From contig CAWEFL010000003.1 in NCBI GenBank assembly GCA_963808355.1, positions 112,153 through 176,152 of the forward strand: a stretch of DNA of 64,000 bases, written 5' to 3'. Shown piece after piece: positions 59,594-64,000 of the stretch. Each line of letters starts with the position of its first letter. The first letter of the stretch is position 1. The position numbers and the translations under genes were made by a program. Source of the stretch: an uncultured Acidimicrobiaceae bacterium. GTDB taxonomy: Bacteria > Actinomycetota > Acidimicrobiia > Acidimicrobiales > RAAP-2. The notes under the pieces were generated by a model. The model was not told the DNA's origin, did no database searches, and worked only from the letters and a program-made list of their open reading frames with translations.

Positions 59594-60434
59594 GGAGACG
59601 GCGCCGGTGCGCCGACACAAGCTCTTGCGGACCGTCGGCAGCTACGTCGCGCTCACCGCCGGGGCCATCGTGGTCTTGTTCCCGATCTACGTCACCGTCG
59701 TCAACTCGTTGCTCAAGCCGGACCAGCTGGTGGAGCAGCCGCCGCCGCTGATCCCGACGAGTCCCCAGTGGCACAACTACACCCAGGCCTGGACCACCGG
59801 GCAGATGTCCAAGTACATCGCGACGTCGGCCATCATGACCGTCATCATCGTGGCCGGACAGATGCTCACCTCTATCCTCGCTGCCTACGCGTTCGCGTTC
59901 CTGCGCTTCCCTTTCAAGCGGACGCTCTTCGTCATCTGCCTGGCCACCTTGATGATCCCGCTGGAGGTCACGTTCATCACCAACCTCGACACCATCACGT
60001 CGCTGGGGTGGTTCAACTCCTACGAGGGCCTGGCCATCCCGTTCCTGGCGACGGGGTTCGGCATCTTCCTCCTCAGACAGGCCTTCTTGCAGATCCCGCG
60101 CGACCTACAGGAAGCGGCACAGCTCGACGGCTACGGGCACCTGCGCTTCATGACCCGCGTGGCCGTGCCGCTGGCCCGCCCGTCGCTTGCCGCTCTCGGC
60201 GTCTTCTCGTTCCTGGCCGCCTGGAACCAGTATCTGTGGCCTCTGGTGTCGACCGGTGGGACGGTCCCGCTCGACACGGTCCAGATCGGACTCAAGCAGC
60301 TGCTGGGCACCCAGGTCTCGCAGATCCCCGTCTCGCTCGCCGGCGCGGTCATCGCCTTCGTCCCATTGGTGATCCTGCTGCTCGTGTTCCAGAAGCAGCT
60401 GGTGCGCAGCCTGACGGCCGGGGCGGTGAAATAG
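59583..60434 (+). CDS. carbohydrate ABC transporter permease (MalG/UgpE type)
   Basis: Intact 283 aa. [14 protein letters not shown] and the EAA loop [23 protein letters not shown]. It overlaps the upstream stop by 11 nt. Confidence 0.85.
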   Translation: MPAEETAPVRRHKLLRTVGSYVALTAGAIVVLFPIYVTVVNSLLKPDQLVEQPPPLIPTSPQWHNYTQAWTTGQMSKYIATSAIMTVIIVAGQMLTSILAAYAFAFLRFPFKRTLFVICLATLMIPLEVTFITNLDTITSLGWFNSYEGLAIPFLATGFGIFLLRQAFLQIPRDLQEAAQLDGYGHLRFMTRVAVPLARPSLAALGVFSFLAAWNQYLWPLVSTGGTVPLDTVQIGLKQLLGTQVSQIPVSLAGAVIAFVPLVILLLVFQKQLVRSLTAGAVK

Positions 60435-60518
60435 ATCGGCTCCATGGCCCGGTGGGGCCCTGCGACCGCCCCACCTCGTGCTGCCCGCGCCATGGCCCGT
60501 AGTGCTAGCAAATAGGGC

Positions 60519-61937
60519 ATGCGGACCTCCTGTTTCCCCCGATCCTTCGCCGCGGCCCTCTTCGCGGTAACCGGGCTCACCGCCACCGTGACCGCGACGG
60601 CCCTCGGCGCGGCAACGGCACCGGCCGCCGGCGCCGCCTCGCTGCCGTCGTGCAACCTGAACGCGTTGGCGCAGCACAAGGGCGTCGTCACCATCACCTT
60701 CTGGGAGTCGGCCTCGTCGGCCAACCTCACGGTGCTCCAGGGGATCACCAACGCCTTCAACTCGTCACAGTCCAAGGTGCATGTCACGCTCGTGACCCAG
60801 GCCGGCTACGACGACACCTGGACGAAGTATCAGGCCGGGCTGTCCAACGGGCAGCTGCCCGACGCGGTCCAGCTGGAGGACCAGCGCACCCAGGAGGCCA
60901 TCGACACCCAGTCCTTCCTGCCGGTGCAGTCCTGCATGAACGCCGCCCACTACTCGACGAGCGACTACCTGCCCCGGCCGCTCGCCTATTGGAAGGTGAA
61001 CGGCGTGCAGTGGGCGCTCCCCTTCGCCGTCTCGGCTCCGATCCTGTACTACAACCAGAACTCGTTCACGAAAGCCGGCCTCAACCCGGCCAGCCCGCCG
61101 CTCACGCTCTCGGCGATGCTGACCGACGCCCAGAAGCTCAAGGCGTCGGGTAGCGGCATGGGACTCGTGCTCGACCCCTGGCACCTCGAGACCTGGTTGT
61201 CCTCGGCCAACCAGCTCTTCGTCAACAACAAGAACGGCCGGAGCGCCCGGGCGACCGCGGGTGTGTTCAACAACTCGGTCGGGGTCTCCATCTTCAGCCA
61301 GCTCAAGCAGCTGGTGAGGTCCGGCGACGCGACCACTAACCCGTCGACGGGCCCGGACCAGTACGACAACCTGCTCGGCATCGGCAGCGGCAAGTACGGT
61401 ATGACGCTGGAGACATCGGCGGCCCTCGGCACGGTGACACAACTGCTGTCCGGCGGTCAGTACTCCAACGTCAAGCTCGGCGTCGGCCCCTTCCCCATCT
61501 ACAGCTCGTCCGTGCAGGGTGGGATCGAGCCCGGCGGCTCGGGCGTCTATATACCGGACAAGGTGCCGCCGATCGACCAGGCGGCGGCGTGGACCTACCT
61601 CTCGTACCTCCTCAACACGCAGAGCGTGGCCACCTGGGCTGCCGGTACCGGTTACATCCCGGTGCGCAAGTCCTCCACCCAGACGGCGACGATTCAGCAC
61701 CTGTGGGCCACCGCGCCGGGCTACAAAGTCGCCTACAACGAGATCAACAACGGCGCCAACACCCCGGCCACGTCGGGCTCGGTCATCGGCCCGTACGCGG
61801 ACGTGCGCACGGACGTGCTCAACGCAGAGATCTCCATGTTCACTGGCGGCGTCTCGCCGGCGAACGCGGTGAAGACGGCCCAGTCGAACGTCAACAACAC
61901 GATCTCGAGCTACAACAGCCGGCTCGGGGTGGGGTAG
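60519..61937 (+). CDS. ABC transporter extracellular solute-binding protein (family 1, sugar type)
   Basis: Intact 472 aa. It has an N-terminal signal-like segment with Cys (AASLPSC), ITFWES..., and WALPFAVSAPILYYN. Confidence 0.85.
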   Translation: MRTSCFPRSFAAALFAVTGLTATVTATALGAATAPAAGAASLPSCNLNALAQHKGVVTITFWESASSANLTVLQGITNAFNSSQSKVHVTLVTQAGYDDTWTKYQAGLSNGQLPDAVQLEDQRTQEAIDTQSFLPVQSCMNAAHYSTSDYLPRPLAYWKVNGVQWALPFAVSAPILYYNQNSFTKAGLNPASPPLTLSAMLTDAQKLKASGSGMGLVLDPWHLETWLSSANQLFVNNKNGRSARATAGVFNNSVGVSIFSQLKQLVRSGDATTNPSTGPDQYDNLLGIGSGKYGMTLETSAALGTVTQLLSGGQYSNVKLGVGPFPIYSSSVQGGIEPGGSGVYIPDKVPPIDQAAAWTYLSYLLNTQSVATWAAGTGYIPVRKSSTQTATIQHLWATAPGYKVAYNEINNGANTPATSGSVIGPYADVRTDVLNAEISMFTGGVSPANAVKTAQSNVNNTISSYNSRLGVG

Positions 61938-62199
61938 GGCAGGCTCAGCCACCAGGCTCCGGAGGGCGCAGCTCCTTACGAGAGCGAAACGCAGGACGGC
62001 GAGCACCGTTGTCCGGTGCCGAGGCCGTTCACGTACAGGATCGCCCGTGCGTAACGTCGACCTCTCCTTGCCGTGACCTGCAACGAACGTGAGGGAGCGG
62101 TCTGCGGTCGTCCGCGGACCGTCGAGCGGTCAGGCCAGGGCGGCTTACCCGCAGGCAGGCCGTAGGCTCGCGCGGCACCGGAAGAACGGGAGCCCAGAC

Positions 62200-63210
62200 G
62201 TGGCCATCGAGGTAGCGCAGCGCTACACCCAGATCAGCCCCAAGGCCTACGAGCACCCGGCGGACAAAGCCGCCACCTCGGCGCTGCACTCGGTCCCGAT
62301 GCTCGACACCGTCATCAAACGGCTGACCGACCTCGGCCACGAGCGCCGTTTGCGCCAGATCGTCATGGGCAACGCCGTGCGGCTGGGGCCGAAGCAGGTC
62401 CCCGACGTGTGGGGCACGTACACGCGCTGTGCGACCATCCTCGACATCGAGGGGCCGCCGGACCTCTACGTCGTCAACAACACCGACATCAACGCCATGA
62501 CGATCGGCGCCAAGACCCCGATCGTCATCGTCAACTCCTCCATGATCCGCTCGTTCGACAACCTTGAGGTGGAGACGGTCCTCGGGCACGAGGTCTCGCA
62601 CGTGCTCTCGCAGCACTACTACTACACGACCGCGCTCGTCCTGCTGTCTCAGTTCCTCCAGGGTGCATTACCGCGCTCGCTCCTGCTCGGGCTGCCCGTG
62701 CGCACCATGTACCTCGCGCTGCTCGAGTGGGCCCGGGCCGCCGAGTTGTCCGCCGACCGTGCCGCCGCGCTGATCATGGGCGACCCGCTCCAGCCCTGCC
62801 GCGTCCTGATGCAGCTGGCCGGCGGCTCGGTCCCGGGCATGGACTTCGACGAATTCCTGAAACAGGCGGGCGACTACCACAGCGAGGACGACCTGTTCTC
62901 ACGCCACACCCGCTTCTGGTCGGAGCTGAACCTCACGCACCCGGTTGCGGTCCGCCGCGTCAAGGAGCTGACCGGGTGGGTCGAGAGCGGCGCCTACGAC
63001 CGGATCCGAACAGGCGACTACCCACGCCGGGGCCAGGAGCCGCCGCCCTCGGCGGAGTTCGAGGACGCCGTCGCCCACTACCGCGAGCGCTTCTCCCGTG
63101 TCCTGGAGCGGGCGGCGGGGGGCGTGCAGGAACTGGGGAAACGCCTCGGGAGTTGGCTCGAGCGCTGGACGAGCACCGACGACGATGACGGGCTGCCGCC
63201 CGAGGAGTGA
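62200..63210 (+). CDS. M48-family zinc metallopeptidase
   Basis: HEVSH (HExxH) at LGHEVSHVLSQHYY, plus a downstream ELSADRAAAL. The GTG 62200 start is inferred. Confidence 0.8.
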   Translation: MAIEVAQRYTQISPKAYEHPADKAATSALHSVPMLDTVIKRLTDLGHERRLRQIVMGNAVRLGPKQVPDVWGTYTRCATILDIEGPPDLYVVNNTDINAMTIGAKTPIVIVNSSMIRSFDNLEVETVLGHEVSHVLSQHYYYTTALVLLSQFLQGALPRSLLLGLPVRTMYLALLEWARAAELSADRAAALIMGDPLQPCRVLMQLAGGSVPGMDFDEFLKQAGDYHSEDDLFSRHTRFWSELNLTHPVAVRRVKELTGWVESGAYDRIRTGDYPRRGQEPPPSAEFEDAVAHYRERFSRVLERAAGGVQELGKRLGSWLERWTSTDDDDGLPPEE

Positions 63211-63306
63211 CGGTGCACCTGGCGTCCCAAATCCCCGTTCCGGGCCCACCGCCTCGGTACCATCCGTGCTGGAGGGCGTGACCAGCTGTTTCGGAAAGGA
63301 ACGTAC

Positions 63307-64000
63307 ATGGTCGGGCAGCTGACGGAGCGGGCCGAGTCCGTGGGGCTCCATGCCCTCCGGGCGTTGTTCGAGCACCTCCCCGACGGGGTCGTGTTCTCGC
63401 GGCCCGACGAAGGGGTGATCGTGGCGGCCAACCCCGCCGCCTGCGCCATCCTCGGCCTGACCGAAGACGAGATCTGCGCCCGGGGTCGAGAGGGCCTGCT
63501 CGATCCGGACGACGCCCGCTGGCCGGTTGCCATCGAGCAGCTCAAGCGCACCGGACACGTCGCCGGGCCCGCCCGAGTCCGCCGCGGCGACGGCAAGATC
63601 TTCGAGGCCCACATGACGGAGAGCTGGTATCGCGCCGCCGACGGCTCCACCCACAGCTGCGCCGTCTTCCGGGACGCCTCGGCCAACGCGGACACCGAGC
63701 GACGCGTGGTCGAGCTCTCTGCCCGCCTGCAGGAGTTGTCCGTGCTCGATGAGCTCACCGGCCTGAGCAACCGTAAAGGCCTGGTCGTCGCGGGGACACA
63801 GCTGCTCCTGCTGGCGGACAGACGGCAGGCGGAGGTGGATGCGCTCTTCGTCGACGTCCGCGGCATCGAGAAGCTCAACGGCGAGGCCGGCCACCATGCG
63901 GGCGACGCCGCACTGCAGGCGGTGAGCCGGGCGCTCTCGGTGGCGTTCCGCAAGTCCGACGTCGTCTCGCGTATCGGTGGCACGCTCTTTTTTGTCCTGG
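63307..64000 (+). CDS. PAS-domain GGDEF-family protein, 3-prime truncated by window edge; active-site motif reads GGTLF
   Basis: ATG 63307. PAS-like LFEHLPDGVVFSRPDEGVIVAANPAACAILGLTEDEI. GGDEF domain start DELTGLSNRKG...FVDVRGIEKLNGEAGHHAGDAAL...RIGGTLFFVL. Confidence 0.8.
   Translation, partial: MVGQLTERAESVGLHALRALFEHLPDGVVFSRPDEGVIVAANPAACAILGLTEDEICARGREGLLDPDDARWPVAIEQLKRTGHVAGPARVRRGDGKIFEAHMTESWYRAADGSTHSCAVFRDASANADTERRVVELSARLQELSVLDELTGLSNRKGLVVAGTQLLLLADRRQAEVDALFVDVRGIEKLNGEAGHHAGDAALQAVSRALSVAFRKSDVVSRIGGTLFFVL

Overview
High-G+C (about 70% by eye) chromosomal segment with actinobacterial-type gene content: DUF3039, DUF2630, NDH-2, a B12-dependent class II ribonucleotide reductase behind tandem NrdR boxes, ROK glucokinase, a PimB-like GT4, SRPBCC and PlsC. 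I can support about 59 protein-coding loci, one tRNA-Met(CAT), one tRNA-like relic and one small integrative island. Housekeeping and metabolic genes dominate: surE, arfB, ndh, nrdJ, glpK, queA, lon, a carbohydrate ABC transporter and many SDRs. The accessory content is cell-envelope oriented. Two adjacent OafA-type acyltransferase-SGNH genes lie at 22.5-27.2 kb. A 6.3-kb lower-G+C island is inserted in the anticodon loop of tRNA-Met (45.07-51.45 kb); it carries a tyrosine integrase and two GT-C-like membrane proteins and sits next to a chromosomal YfhO-like gene. A tightly packed minus-strand six-gene operon at 13.0-18.7 kb (SDR, two PF04909 amidohydrolases, an ADC-family protein, a methyltransferase, a DMT permease) looks like an uncharacterised catabolic pathway. 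Major caveat: about 31 of the 59 loci can only be read by switching frame one or more times. Homology continues seamlessly in another frame, almost never with an intervening in-frame stop (one unrecognised island ORF is the exception), and the affected loci cluster in blocks. I label them pseudogene as sequenced, but patchy indel error in the assembly is at least as likely as real decay. I saw no CRISPR array and no recognisable defence, toxin-antitoxin or secondary-metabolite system. I found no convincing wholly new multi-gene system beyond the items in findings. Many long ORFs in the supplied track are high-G+C read-through artefacts or chimeras of neighbouring frameshifted genes.
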